A program made the position numbers and the translations under genes. A stretch of 64,000 nt of DNA from Pirellulales bacterium. GTDB lineage: Bacteria > Planctomycetota > Planctomycetia > Pirellulales > PALSA-1355. Positions 10,604 through 20,755 of this stretch are shown one piece after another. The DNA lies in contig CAVTBU010000005.1 of the NCBI GenBank assembly GCA_963733035.1, positions 640,001-704,000 of the forward strand. Reading direction: 5' to 3'. Each line of letters starts with the position of its first letter. The first letter of the stretch is position 1. Under the pieces are notes generated by a model. It saw only the letters and a list, made by a program, of their open reading frames with translations, did not search any database and was not told where the DNA came from.

Positions 10604-12862
10604 ATGAAGCGAGCATCGAACACCGCGGCGGTCAAAACTCTCGGCTTCAGCCTGCTGATGGTTGCGGTTGGGTGCTTGCCGCTGGCGGTCGCCGGTGAAA
10701 CCGAGTGGCGGGAGGACGACTTTGAGCGGCTCGTCGCGCCGATCTTGGTGACCCGCTGCCTGGAATGTCACAACGAGTCGACGGCCTCTGGAAACCTGCT
10801 GCTTACTCACGCCGAGTCTGCCCTGCGCGGCGGCGACAGCGGTGCCGCGATCGAACCGGGGAATGCGGAGGCCAGCTTGTTGATCGAGCGCGTCGCCGCG
10901 GGCGAGATGCCTCCGGAGAGCAAAGGGCGCTCGCAGCGCTTGCCCGACGAGGAGATCCTCGCCATACGACGTTGGATCTCGGCCGGCGCCAAGTGGCCAG
11001 CCGATCGGTCGCTCGACCTGTATGAACGCACGACAGCTTCTCGAGCCGGGCGCGACTGGTGGTCGCTGCAGCCGGTGCGCCGGCCGGACGTGCCGGCGGT
11101 CGAATCGAGCGCCTGGAGCGAAAATCCGATCGACACGTTTATCTTTGCGCGTTTGACCGCCGAAGGGATGACGCCGGCGCCCGAGGCCGATCGCCGCACG
11201 CTGGTGCGCCGCGTCTATTTCGATCTCCTGGGGCTTCCGCCCACGGCCGAAGAGGTCGATGCCTTCGTGACGGACGAATCTCCCTCGGCTTACGTGCAGC
11301 TGGTCACGCGTCTGCTCGACTCGCCGCACTATGGCGAGCGGTGGGCCCGCTTCTGGCTCGACCTGGTGCGGTTTGCCGAGACCAGCGGCTACGAGCGAGA
11401 CCAGGAAAAGCCCGGCGCGTGGAAGTATCGCGATTGGGTCATTCGCGCGATCAACGACGATAAGCCGTTCGATCGCTTCGTGGTTGAGCAACTGGCCGGC
11501 GACGAGCTTCCGGGCCGTAGCGAGGAAACGGTCACGGCGACCGGATTCTTGCGGCTGGGAACCTGGAACGACGAACCGAACGATCCGCAGGACTACAAAT
11601 ACGAGCGGCTGGAAGATCTGGTGCATGTGACCAGCGCGGCATTCCTGGGAACGACCGTCAAGTGCGCCCGCTGCCACGATCACAAGTTTGACCCCATTCT
11701 GCAGGCCGACTATTACCGCATCGGAGCGGCTTTCTGGCCCGGGCCGATCGAGCCGCGCGGCCGCGAGCTGCTGGGCGGACCCACGCCTGAAGAGCTGGGC
11801 TACGACGTCTTAGGTTGGACCGACGTGTCGTGCAATCCAGCGGAGTTGCACCTGCTGAAGAAAGGGGAGCCGGCGCACCCGGGCCCGGTGGTGGAGCCGG
11901 GCGTGCTGTCGATGATCCCGAGCCTGAATTACACGCAACCAGTCCCCTCGGAAGATTCGCGCACCACGTTACGGAGGTTGCGACTGGCCCAGTGGATCGT
12001 TGATCCACGTAATCCGCTCACGGCGCGCGTGTTCGTGAATCGCCTGTGGCAACACCATTTTGGACAAGGCCTGGTGCGCACGCCGGATAACTTTGGATTC
12101 ACCGGCGATCGTCCTTCGCATCCGGAACTGCTCGATTGGTTGGCCGCCGAATTCGTCGACGAGGGCTGGACGGCCAAGCGAATGCACTTGCTGATCATGA
12201 CTTCGCGCGCCTATCGGCAAGCTTCGGTTCACCCGGCACAAGAGGCGTATGAAAAACGGGACCCGGAGGTTCGCCTGTTGTGGCGGTCGGCGCGGCGGCG
12301 GTTGGATGCCGAGGCGCTTCGCGACGCAATGTTGGCCGTCGCCGGGCAGCTCGATCCGCGCGTCGGCGGTCCTAGCTTCAAGCCCGTAATCAGCCCGGAC
12401 GCGTTGCAGGGGTTGTCGAAAAAAGGTGCCGACTACCAACCCTCGCCCGCGAGCGAGCAAGGCCGACGAAGCCTCTACATGTATTCGCAGCGGAGCCTGT
12501 TGCCGCCGTTGATGACCACGTTTGATTTTTGCGACACAACGCAGCCCTGCGGACGTCGCGACGTGAGTGTCGTGGCGCCGCAGGCATTGGCCTTGCTCAA
12601 CGGCACGTTCGCCCACGAGCAGAGCACGGCGGTCGCGTCGCGCGTCATGGAATCCGCGGGACAAGAGGCTGCGGCCCAAGTGCGCGCCGCCTTTCGCCTG
12701 GTGCTGGGGCGCGTCCCGACGGAGAGCGAATCGGCCGCGGCCCTTGCGCATCTCGAGCGGCAACAGAAGCATTTTGAGTCTTTGCCCGCTGCCGAGGCTC
12801 TGGCGCTGAGGTCGCTGTGCCACATGTTGCTCAACAGCAATGAATTCATGTTTGTCGACTAG
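10604..12862 (+). CDS. Planctomycete cytochrome c / DUF1549 / DUF1553 (PSD1) protein
   Basis: Signal peptide, CLECH, NPIDTF, YGERWARFWLDLVRFAET, CARCHDHKFDPI, HPELLDWLA, RRLDAEALRD, PQALALLN. Confidence 0.93.
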   Translation: MKRASNTAAVKTLGFSLLMVAVGCLPLAVAGETEWREDDFERLVAPILVTRCLECHNESTASGNLLLTHAESALRGGDSGAAIEPGNAEASLLIERVAAGEMPPESKGRSQRLPDEEILAIRRWISAGAKWPADRSLDLYERTTASRAGRDWWSLQPVRRPDVPAVESSAWSENPIDTFIFARLTAEGMTPAPEADRRTLVRRVYFDLLGLPPTAEEVDAFVTDESPSAYVQLVTRLLDSPHYGERWARFWLDLVRFAETSGYERDQEKPGAWKYRDWVIRAINDDKPFDRFVVEQLAGDELPGRSEETVTATGFLRLGTWNDEPNDPQDYKYERLEDLVHVTSAAFLGTTVKCARCHDHKFDPILQADYYRIGAAFWPGPIEPRGRELLGGPTPEELGYDVLGWTDVSCNPAELHLLKKGEPAHPGPVVEPGVLSMIPSLNYTQPVPSEDSRTTLRRLRLAQWIVDPRNPLTARVFVNRLWQHHFGQGLVRTPDNFGFTGDRPSHPELLDWLAAEFVDEGWTAKRMHLLIMTSRAYRQASVHPAQEAYEKRDPEVRLLWRSARRRLDAEALRDAMLAVAGQLDPRVGGPSFKPVISPDALQGLSKKGADYQPSPASEQGRRSLYMYSQRSLLPPLMTTFDFCDTTQPCGRRDVSVVAPQALALLNGTFAHEQSTAVASRVMESAGQEAAAQVRAAFRLVLGRVPTESESAAALAHLERQQKHFESLPAAEALALRSLCHMLLNSNEFMFVD

Positions 12863-12906
12863 CGTGGCTACGGACGCGCGCGGGCGTAAACCTAGGGAGC
12901 AAACCG

Positions 12907-14361
12907 ATGAACTATCGACGCCTTTATCCTTGCGGACAGACGCGCCGTGAGTTTCTGTGGCAGATGGGGGGCGGGTTTGCCGGCACGGCACTGGTCAGTC
13001 TGTTGGCCGCTGACGGTTTTTTCTCCCGCGCCGCGGCAGCCGTTCCCACGGAAAGTGCATTGGCGCCTCGCACGGGACATTTTCCCGGCACGGCGCAGCA
13101 GGTGATCTTTCTGATGATGAACGGCGGCCCGAGCCAGGTCGACACGTTCGACTTTAAGCCGGCGCTAGAAAAGTACGCCGGCCAGCCCCTGCCGCCGGAC
13201 AAGAAGTTCATCAACTCGGGCGGGCGTAAGGTCGGATTCCTGATGCCCGCGTATCGAAAGTTCCGACCGGGCGGAGAGAGCGGACTATTGATTTCCGATT
13301 ATTTCCCCGCGGTTCGCGAGCATGCCGACAAGCTGGCGGTGATTCGCTCCTGTCATACCGACAGTCATGCGCACGGCTCGGCGCTGGTGGCGATGAACAC
13401 GGGCAAGACATTCATCGGCAGGCCGTCGCTCGGTAGCTGGGCCGTCTACGGTCTAGGGACCGAGAATCAGAGCCTGCCGGGTTACGTGGTGATGCTCGAC
13501 AAACGCGGCGGACCGATCGGCGGGCAACCGAACTGGTCGAGCGGTTTCATGCCGGCCGGATACCAAGGGACGCTATTCCGTCCGGCGGGCAATCCGATTT
13601 TGGATTTGCGCGGTCCAGACTACCTGGCTGGCAATCCGCAGCGAGAACAGCTCGACTTGCTGGCGCAATTGAACGATGAACATCTCAAGATGCGACCCGG
13701 CGGACAGGAGTTGGCCGCGCGTGCGGCCTCGTACGAACTGGCCTTTCGGATGCAGGCCGAGGCGCCCGAGGCCGTCGACCTTTCGCAAGAAACCGCCGGG
13801 ACTTTGAAGAGCTACGGCGTGGGCAGCAAGCCAACCGACGAATTCGGACGCAATTGCCTGGTGGCGCGGCGACTCGTCGAGCGCGGCGTTCGATTCGTGC
13901 AGCTCTATTCCGGCGGTGGTCACCTGGAAGACACCTGGGACGCGCATACGAGCATTGAAGCAAATCACTCGCAGCACGCGGCCGAGGTAGATCAACCGAT
14001 CGCGGCACTGTTGACTGATCTTGAGCAGCGCGGCTTGCTCGATACAACGCTGGTCGTGTGGGGTGGCGAGTTTGGCCGGATGCCGTTCAGCGAAGGGCAA
14101 GGCGAAAAGGGACGCAACCACAACCCCTACGGTTTCTCGATGTGGATGGCCGGCGGTGGAGTCAAAGGCGGCATTGCGTACGGCGAGACCGACGAGTTTG
14201 GGTTCGAGGCCGTGACAAACAAGGCTCACCTGCACGACATCCACGCCACGATCTTGCATTTGCTGGGCCTGAACCACGAGTTGCTAACCTACTTCCACGA
14301 AGGACGCGATCAGCGATTGACGGACGTGGCCGGCAATGTTCTGCGGGAGATCATCGCGTGA
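12907..14361 (+). CDS. DUF1501 domain protein (sulfatase-like fold, twin-Arg leader)
   Basis: TRREFL leader, GGPSQVDTFD, ARRLVERGVRFVQL, WGGEFGRMP, HDIHATILHLLG. Confidence 0.93.
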   Translation: MNYRRLYPCGQTRREFLWQMGGGFAGTALVSLLAADGFFSRAAAAVPTESALAPRTGHFPGTAQQVIFLMMNGGPSQVDTFDFKPALEKYAGQPLPPDKKFINSGGRKVGFLMPAYRKFRPGGESGLLISDYFPAVREHADKLAVIRSCHTDSHAHGSALVAMNTGKTFIGRPSLGSWAVYGLGTENQSLPGYVVMLDKRGGPIGGQPNWSSGFMPAGYQGTLFRPAGNPILDLRGPDYLAGNPQREQLDLLAQLNDEHLKMRPGGQELAARAASYELAFRMQAEAPEAVDLSQETAGTLKSYGVGSKPTDEFGRNCLVARRLVERGVRFVQLYSGGGHLEDTWDAHTSIEANHSQHAAEVDQPIAALLTDLEQRGLLDTTLVVWGGEFGRMPFSEGQGEKGRNHNPYGFSMWMAGGGVKGGIAYGETDEFGFEAVTNKAHLHDIHATILHLLGLNHELLTYFHEGRDQRLTDVAGNVLREIIA

Positions 14362-15560
14362 AGCCTCCCGAACGGTCTCAATTGTTGGACCATGCCACGA
14401 CGTCCGCGATTCGACCGCGGTTGCTACGCCGGATGACGGTCCGCCGCATCTTGAGCATTCTTGTGCAGCGCGCCCCTTGCACACGAGCCGAGCTGACGCG
14501 ACTGACGGGCATCAGTGCCCCGACGGTTTCGAAAGCCGTGGCATCGCTGCTCGAGGCGGGAATCGTCGAGGAAGGCGAGGCACCGCAGGGAGCCTTGGGG
14601 CGACCGGGCAACGTGTTGCGCTTGGCACGCGCCGGAGCTCAAGTGATCGGCGTGGTTCTCGACATCAAATGCTGCGTGGTCGTTCCCGCGGCACTCGACG
14701 GCACGCTTTTTGAAGACCGCAAGATCACGTTTGCAACGCCTGGCACCTACAAACTGCTCGTCGACGAGATCGCCGAGGCTGCCAGCCAATTGATCGACGC
14801 CGATGGAGTGCGAACGCTGAGTCTGGGCCTCAGCGTTCCCGGCCTGGTCAACCGCCGCGAGGGAAGGGCCGTGTTCTCGCCCAACCTACATTTGACCGAC
14901 GGGCACTCACCGGACGACGACCTGCGTCGACGGCTGGCAATCGAGTGCGTGATGTTTCAGGAAACGCACGCCCTGTGCCTGGGCGAGAAGATGCACCGTG
15001 CTCCGGCGCTACTCGACGATTTTGCCATGCTCGAAATCAGCGCGGGCCTGGGCCTGGGAGCAATCGCCGGCGGCCGCTTGATCGAGGGACATAGCGGTTT
15101 GGCCGGCGAACTGGGCCACGTCACGGTCAGCCCCCAGGGCCGATTGTGCGGCTGCGGCAACCACGGTTGCTTGGAGACCGTGGCGACCGACTCAGCCCTG
15201 GCCCATTTGCTGTCAGAGCGGCTCGGCTGGGCGGTGGACGTGGACGAGGCGATTCGGTTGATCCGTCAGGGCGAAATCGAGGCCGAGCAGGAATTGCGCA
15301 CCGTCTGCGAGTACCTGGCGATCGCGATGGCGGCGGCCATCAACCTCTTGAACCCGGCCACGCTCTATGTACATGGCCGATTGTTCGACGCGCGCGACGG
15401 GCTGTTCGAGATGGTGTGCGAGCTGACGCGCCGCCGAGCCCTGGCACCATCGCTGGCCGACTGCCGCATTCTGCGTGCCCGCTCGACGAAAGAGCACGGC
15501 GCCGTCGCGGCCGCGATCGACCAGCTGATGAATCGGTACGGTCCGGTGATGGAGGAGTGA
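14358..15560 (+). CDS. ROK family transcriptional regulator
   Basis: N-terminal HTH TRAELTRLTGISAPTVS, GELGH, Zn motif CGCGNHGCLE; GTG start overlaps the DUF1501 stop. Confidence 0.9.
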   Translation: MKPPERSQLLDHATTSAIRPRLLRRMTVRRILSILVQRAPCTRAELTRLTGISAPTVSKAVASLLEAGIVEEGEAPQGALGRPGNVLRLARAGAQVIGVVLDIKCCVVVPAALDGTLFEDRKITFATPGTYKLLVDEIAEAASQLIDADGVRTLSLGLSVPGLVNRREGRAVFSPNLHLTDGHSPDDDLRRRLAIECVMFQETHALCLGEKMHRAPALLDDFAMLEISAGLGLGAIAGGRLIEGHSGLAGELGHVTVSPQGRLCGCGNHGCLETVATDSALAHLLSERLGWAVDVDEAIRLIRQGEIEAEQELRTVCEYLAIAMAAAINLLNPATLYVHGRLFDARDGLFEMVCELTRRRALAPSLADCRILRARSTKEHGAVAAAIDQLMNRYGPVMEE

Positions 15561-15592
15561 CCGGTCCGCCGGAGCCAGTCGCGCGGCACAAT

Positions 15593-16417
15593 CTATCGAT
15601 TCAACTCTTCAAAATCCCACAACACGTCGGCGGGCGGCGCGAAGCGTATGCCGGGAAAGTCAAATTCGAACGGATGCCGTGCCATGTCGAGCGCGCGCAG
15701 CAAGTGGTTGCGCTCGCTGGCCGGCAAATGCTTCTCCGACTCGATGTCCTTGCGGAGTTCCGCACGCGTCCCCTGAAACGTGTGGGTTTCGAGCTGGCCC
15801 TCGTCGTCGCGAAATCGGATTTCGGCTTTGAAGTGATCGTCGTCGATGCGCGACAACGTCATGGCATCGAACGTTCCCCAACGAGCGTCTCGTTCCTCCG
15901 GGGTCGGCGGGCGCAGGCCTCGTCCTGAAAATGATCGTCGCCGGGCGCTTGGTGACGTTTCCTCGGCAGCGACACTAAATGGCCGCTCACCCAAGGTGAC
16001 GGTCATTTTTTCGGACTTGCCGGCATGAATCACCTCGAGCGTGACTTCGCGACCCGGTTTGTCATTTTGCACCAACTTCACAAGCTGTTCCGGGGAATAC
16101 AATTTTTGATCGTCGTAGCTGACCAGAATGTCGTCTTGCTTCACGCCGGCCTGCTCCGCCGGCGAGTCGGCGGCCACTTCGGACACTAGCACGCCGCGGC
16201 CGTCGCCAAGGAGATCCAACAAGTGACTAATGAGCGAGCGATGCAAGGGCTCAATTGCCAGCCCGAGGTACGCCTGGGTTTTTTGAGGCGACGCTTCCGT
16301 TATTGGGGCGCCCGTTTTGTTTTCGCTAATGTTTTTGTCCGCCGCCCTGATCGCGGAAGTCGATGCGGCCACGAAAAGAGCAACGAGCGTCAGTATCATC
16401 AAAGCGCGGCGTCTCAT
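15593..16417 (-). CDS. Secreted PDZ-domain protein without a protease domain
   Basis: Signal peptide; AYLGL..GVLVSEVAADSPAEQAGVKQDDILV. Confidence 0.85.
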   Translation of the reverse strand: MRRRALMILTLVALFVAASTSAIRAADKNISENKTGAPITEASPQKTQAYLGLAIEPLHRSLISHLLDLLGDGRGVLVSEVAADSPAEQAGVKQDDILVSYDDQKLYSPEQLVKLVQNDKPGREVTLEVIHAGKSEKMTVTLGERPFSVAAEETSPSARRRSFSGRGLRPPTPEERDARWGTFDAMTLSRIDDDHFKAEIRFRDDEGQLETHTFQGTRAELRKDIESEKHLPASERNHLLRALDMARHPFEFDFPGIRFAPPADVLWDFEELNR

Positions 16418-16579
16418 GATCTTCTCCTGATGAAACAAACGAATGTTTGCGCGCTAGCCCGGCTCGCCACGCGTCCAAGCACGATGGTCGGGATTTCGCA
16501 ATTCTATTTCGCGTCACCGGGATCAGTTCTTGACCTGGCAAAGGCAGCATGGCGCCTGCCGTGAAACATTCCAGGTCGA

Positions 16580-16595
16580 AGCAAAGTTGATGCCA
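16580..16595 (-). promoter_or_regulatory. sigma54-type -24/-12 promoter (PDZ gene)
   Basis: Minus strand TGGCAT-CAACT-TTGCT with GG-N10-GC spacing. Confidence 0.55.
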
Positions 16596-16883
16596 CAACG
16601 AATGCAAATCGCCGTCTCTTGCATGCACGTCTAAGCATGCCAAGATTCACCGCACAGATTGCGCACGGGTTCCTTAATCTTCGGCGCGCCTGACTTGCTG
16701 ACTGGCGGCGACTGTGCCTGGCCGCACGTCTTCCTGGGCGAACCGCTGCGCAATTGCCGACCAGGTTGCTATGAAATCGACCGGCGTTGCCGCGGAAGTA
16801 GAAGACGGAACGGCTGTCGGAAATCCGCCGCCATTCCAGCCGTATGGCAAAGCGCGAAACGTAGCGGAGCGCGCTCGCCGGTT

Positions 16884-17471
16884 TCACCGCACGAAGCCGA
16901 AGCGCTCCCACGGCGAGACGATCAGCCACACGCGCCCAATTAGCCGACTCGGCTTCACCGGTCCGTTGAACCGGCTATCATCCGAATCTTTTAAATCATC
17001 GCCCAGCACGTAGTAGCCTTCGCCGCAGGCGACCGGTTTGCCTTCGAAAAGGTTGCCGAATTTCAAGTATTTCTGATTCAGGCCGGCGGGCATTTCTACC
17101 AGCTTGCCGTCAATCAGGAGTCGACGATCCTCGGACAATTGCACGGTCTCGCCCGGCAACCCGGCCACGCGCTTCATCAATTGCATGCCGTCGTCGCGCG
17201 TGAAGGCGATGACTTCCCAGCGTCGCGGCCGACGAAACCAGCGAGTCACTTTCTCGGTCACCACCCGATCGCCATCATCGACATTCTTGCCCTGCAAGGT
17301 TGGCGACATCGAGGGCGAAGTGATGATCGATATATCGATCGTCAACACGTAGAGCAGACACAGTGCACCAAACACGGCGAACCCGCGCTCGACCCAGCGG
17401 AGCGCTCGGCGAGCACGGGTTTGGCGTCGGATTGCCGGCTGTTCAACGATTGTCCGCGAGTCTGTCTTCAT
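16884..17471 (-). CDS. lepB: Signal peptidase I (S26)
   Basis: TM helix, SPSMSPTL (catalytic Ser), MKRVAGLPGE (catalytic Lys), LGDDLKDSDDSRFNG. Confidence 0.9.
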   Translation of the reverse strand: MKTDSRTIVEQPAIRRQTRARRALRWVERGFAVFGALCLLYVLTIDISIITSPSMSPTLQGKNVDDGDRVVTEKVTRWFRRPRRWEVIAFTRDDGMQLMKRVAGLPGETVQLSEDRRLLIDGKLVEMPAGLNQKYLKFGNLFEGKPVACGEGYYVLGDDLKDSDDSRFNGPVKPSRLIGRVWLIVSPWERFGFVR

Positions 17472-17724
17472 CGCGGGCCTCGCGCGCGGCCTGTTCGATT
17501 GCCTGCTGGCGCTGCTCCAACTCGGTATGCGTCGATCGCCGGGCGGGCCCGCGCCGATGCTGAAACATCGGCAGCAAAAAGATCGCGAAGAGCACAACGA
17601 CCGCCAACAACCCGAGCATTGAGCCCAGACCAATTCCAGGCGCCGTCTGAGCAGGCACCTCCTGCCGGGCTTGATCCTCCCGTTCTTCACGACGCTCATC
17701 ATCCGGAGACAGAGACGCGTTCAT
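17443..17724 (-). CDS. Small single-TM hypothetical protein
   Basis: 93-aa ORF with one hydrophobic stretch, overlapping the lepB start. Confidence 0.55.
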   Translation of the reverse strand: MNASLSPDDERREEREDQARQEVPAQTAPGIGLGSMLGLLAVVVLFAIFLLPMFQHRRGPARRSTHTELEQRQQAIEQAAREARDEDRLADNR

Positions 17725-17988
17725 GGTTCACCTGTGAATGGATCAGAACGACCGCAGAAGTGAAACGCTATCCGTAATTGTCCACAGGTCCGAAATTCGT
17801 GCAACTCAATCGCGGTTTCGCGCAAGACCGGGGGAAGCAGGCGGGATGTTCCCGCGCGCGTCGCCAACTTCGACGCCACGCAGAACAGGTGCTTTTCGCC
17901 GCCAGGGAACAATCGCCCGCAGGCGCCGCCAACCTGAAGGCTCGACCGCGCGGTGGGCGCAGAAGCGCGCCTCTAGAACGAAACGAAG

Positions 17989-18061
<73 letters not shown>

Positions 18062-18290
18062 GCAAAGGGATTCACTGTAACAGTTTGCGATTGCCTGTGA
18101 AAGGGGCCGACGGGGGCGTCGCGGCCGCGTGGCGGAGGTTGCTGGCGCGGCTGGCAAACTACCCGAATCAAGTACGGCAATGCATGCTCAAGTGGGGTCT
18201 GCTATACGGGCCAACCTCCCATCTTTTGCGACGGCCCCTGGGCCCGCGGCACGATCCTTTCGAAGTCTTCCTGGACAACAGGTAGTGGAC

Positions 18291-19241
18291 ATGTCAACGT
18301 TCGCCCTGCGCTATGGCGGTGCTGCGCTTGCGATCTGCCTGATCGCGGTGGGATGTGTCGCGCCCAAGGATACGCTGGCCGAGAAGAAGCGGCTTCCGCA
18401 CATCGAGCGGCCCGTCGCCGTGGAGTACGGCAAACCCAACAAGTTTGCCGACGGGCTGGCGGCCGTGGTCCAGTTCCCGCGGCCATGGCAACGGCGACGA
18501 CCGAGAGCGAAAAAATACTACGATCGTGACGTCGCGGTCGATCGGGCCGCCGACTATCTCGAAGATCACGGCCTGGACGACGTTCTCATCGAGGTGCGGC
18601 GCCACGACCCAATCGGACAGTGGAGGAGGCTGCGCGAGAACACAGCCATTTCTCCCTGGAGCCGCTACCCGATGGGCACGCTCTCGTTAGTCGCCTACAA
18701 CTTGCTTCCGCCGCGCGTTTGGGGTTTCGACGAGTACAACCCCTTCACGAACACGCTTTACCTGAACACGCATCAAATCGCGCTGTCGACATATCGAGCG
18801 GCAGGCGCCACACAACTCCATGGAGCAAGCTTTCCCGGGTTAAAGAAGTTTGCCGCCGAAGTGCCGCCGTTCAGCATGTTCCACGATCATCGCTGCACGA
18901 CAGATCTGATTGCCTATGCACGCCAGCGCAACGACTGGGAAATGGAAAAGTCGGTGTACCAGCAGATCTACCCGGCCGTTGGCGCCAATGTGGCAACGCT
19001 TGCGTACCTGTACCCTGCGCTTTGGGTGATTCCCATTGCCAGACCGGCGGGTGCTATTGTCGGGGGCGTCGCCGGCGCGGCCGCACTCAAACGCAGAAAG
19101 GCCGAGCTGGCCGCGGCCGGCCATCCGGTGCCAGACGACCATAAAGTGGAGCTGGCAACCTATCACGAGCCGGCCGAAGTCGGCGCGACGGCCGATCAGC
19201 GAGCACTGCCAGCCGCCAGCCAAGCGACCGTGACTCGGTAG
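18291..19241 (+). CDS. Hypothetical lipoprotein
   Basis: Lipobox IAVGC; YNPFTNTLYL segment; glycine-zipper-like C-terminal helix. Confidence 0.7.
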   Translation: MSTFALRYGGAALAICLIAVGCVAPKDTLAEKKRLPHIERPVAVEYGKPNKFADGLAAVVQFPRPWQRRRPRAKKYYDRDVAVDRAADYLEDHGLDDVLIEVRRHDPIGQWRRLRENTAISPWSRYPMGTLSLVAYNLLPPRVWGFDEYNPFTNTLYLNTHQIALSTYRAAGATQLHGASFPGLKKFAAEVPPFSMFHDHRCTTDLIAYARQRNDWEMEKSVYQQIYPAVGANVATLAYLYPALWVIPIARPAGAIVGGVAGAAALKRRKAELAAAGHPVPDDHKVELATYHEPAEVGATADQRALPAASQATVTR

Positions 19242-19314
19242 GGCGGCAACAGAAGGCGGATTACGAATGAGCGAAACGCCAGCCAGGATGAAAGTAGCCC
19301 CGTGCGGCCCGCGT

Positions 19315-19788
19315 TCACATCCACTGGGGCGGCGGGAGCGGAATGACTTTGGGCTCTGGCAATGCTGCTTCGCCGGAGGGAACGTCGCGAATGACGACGA
19401 CGGGCGTATGCGCGTGCCGGAGAACGTGTTCGGCCACGCTGCCTAGCAGCAGATGCGCGATCCCCTTGCGACCGTGCGTCCCCATCACGATCAGATCGCA
19501 CTGTTCATTTTCGGCCATCCAGCAGATCACTTCGCCCGGGTCGCCGGCGTGGAGGGCGCGTCGCACGTTGAGTTCCGGGTAGAGCGGAGTGATGTCTTGC
19601 AACTGCTGCTTGATCCGCGGGCTGGCTGGTTCGCGCTGCCCCGCGTCGTCGTAGGCCTCGGGAACACTGAAGGCGTGCACGAGGATTAATTCAGCGTTGT
19701 TATCTCGACAGAGCTTTTGAGCAAAGAGCATCGCCTTGGTGGAACTCTCCGAGAAATCCACCGGACATAGAATGCGCTGGAATGCCAT
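19315..19788 (-). CDS. Universal stress protein (UspA family)
   Basis: ILCPVDFSESS, DLIVMGTHGRKG..LLGSVAEHVLRHA. Confidence 0.93.
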   Translation of the reverse strand: MAFQRILCPVDFSESSTKAMLFAQKLCRDNNAELILVHAFSVPEAYDDAGQREPASPRIKQQLQDITPLYPELNVRRALHAGDPGEVICWMAENEQCDLIVMGTHGRKGIAHLLLGSVAEHVLRHAHTPVVVIRDVPSGEAALPEPKVIPLPPPQWM

Positions 19789-19887
19789 TGTCAAGAATTC
19801 TCCGCTGCGTCCTGCTTGTATGACAACCATTGACGAACACGTGAACTTGCCGACGCAGACAGAATTCGACCATCACGTGTCGCCAAT

Positions 19888-20358
19888 CTACGTTTTCACT
19901 GGCCGGGCGAAGCTTGCCACGAGCGGATGCTCGACCTCATAAAAGTCGGCGTACTTCATCCGAATCGCCGTTGTGTGGGAACTGCACTCAAAGTAAATGC
20001 ATTCATCTTCGGTGAGCGATTTGTCCACGATCGTTTGCGCGCCGTAATGCGTGCCGAACGGGGGCAACACGCCAAACTCGCAATCGGGGCAACGCTCGGC
20101 GATTTCCACTTCGGTGGCCAGTTCCAGCTGGGCTCCACCCAGGAACGTGCTCAGCTGGTCGAAATCCACCATGTGCGTCGCGGGCAGCACGGCCACAATG
20201 TAGCTATAGTTGTGGTCCGCCCGCAACAGCACAGACTTGGCCACCAGGTGGCCCGGTGCGCAAATTGCTTCGGCAACGTGTTGCGCGCCATAGACCTCCT
20301 GATGTTTGACGACTTCAAACGGCACGTGCCGTTTTTCCAAGAGTTCGGTGACATTCAT
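19888..20358 (-). CDS. YbaK/EbsC (ProXp-like) aminoacyl-tRNA editing domain protein
   Basis: VAKSVLL, LATEVE..PDCEFGVLPPFG, IVDKSL. Confidence 0.88.
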   Translation of the reverse strand: MNVTELLEKRHVPFEVVKHQEVYGAQHVAEAICAPGHLVAKSVLLRADHNYSYIVAVLPATHMVDFDQLSTFLGGAQLELATEVEIAERCPDCEFGVLPPFGTHYGAQTIVDKSLTEDECIYFECSSHTTAIRMKYADFYEVEHPLVASFARPVKT

Positions 20359-20442
20359 GACAAGGCCCTCCGTAATTAGGCCCCGCGCGCCCTCCCGCCT
20401 CGCGTGCGGGGGTAAATGCTCCCTGACACAATTATACCAGTT

Positions 20443-20458
20443 TGCATATTTCGTACCG
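20443..20458 (-). promoter_or_regulatory. Possible sigma54-type promoter (ybaK-usp)
   Basis: Minus strand CGGTAC-GAAAT-ATGCA with GG-N10-GC; degenerate. Confidence 0.35.
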
Positions 20459-20667
20459 TCGAAACGAGAACCAGTTGCCGGACGTGTTTGGCCGAATTGC
20501 ATCTAGCGAGGGCATCCATTGCGAACAAGCAAATGTGCGTTTCGGCACGGGAAACGCTGAAACGTGGGTCGGAACGCACATGTCGGGCGTACCAGACCCG
20601 CACCGGTTGGGACGCAATCGTTGTCGCAACACTGCCAGGGGAAGTTTCCATCGAACATCGTGCGAAT

Positions 20668-20683
20668 CGGCACCGCGATTGCT
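20668..20683 (+). promoter_or_regulatory. sigma54-type promoter (DUF4405 gene)
   Basis: CGGCAC-CGCGA-TTGCT. Confidence 0.5.
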
Positions 20684-20755
20684 TTAGGGGATGCGGCAAA
20701 GTCGCCAAAATCCTTTCGTTCGCGTCGCCCCTGTGAAAAACGGATGATCAGCCCC

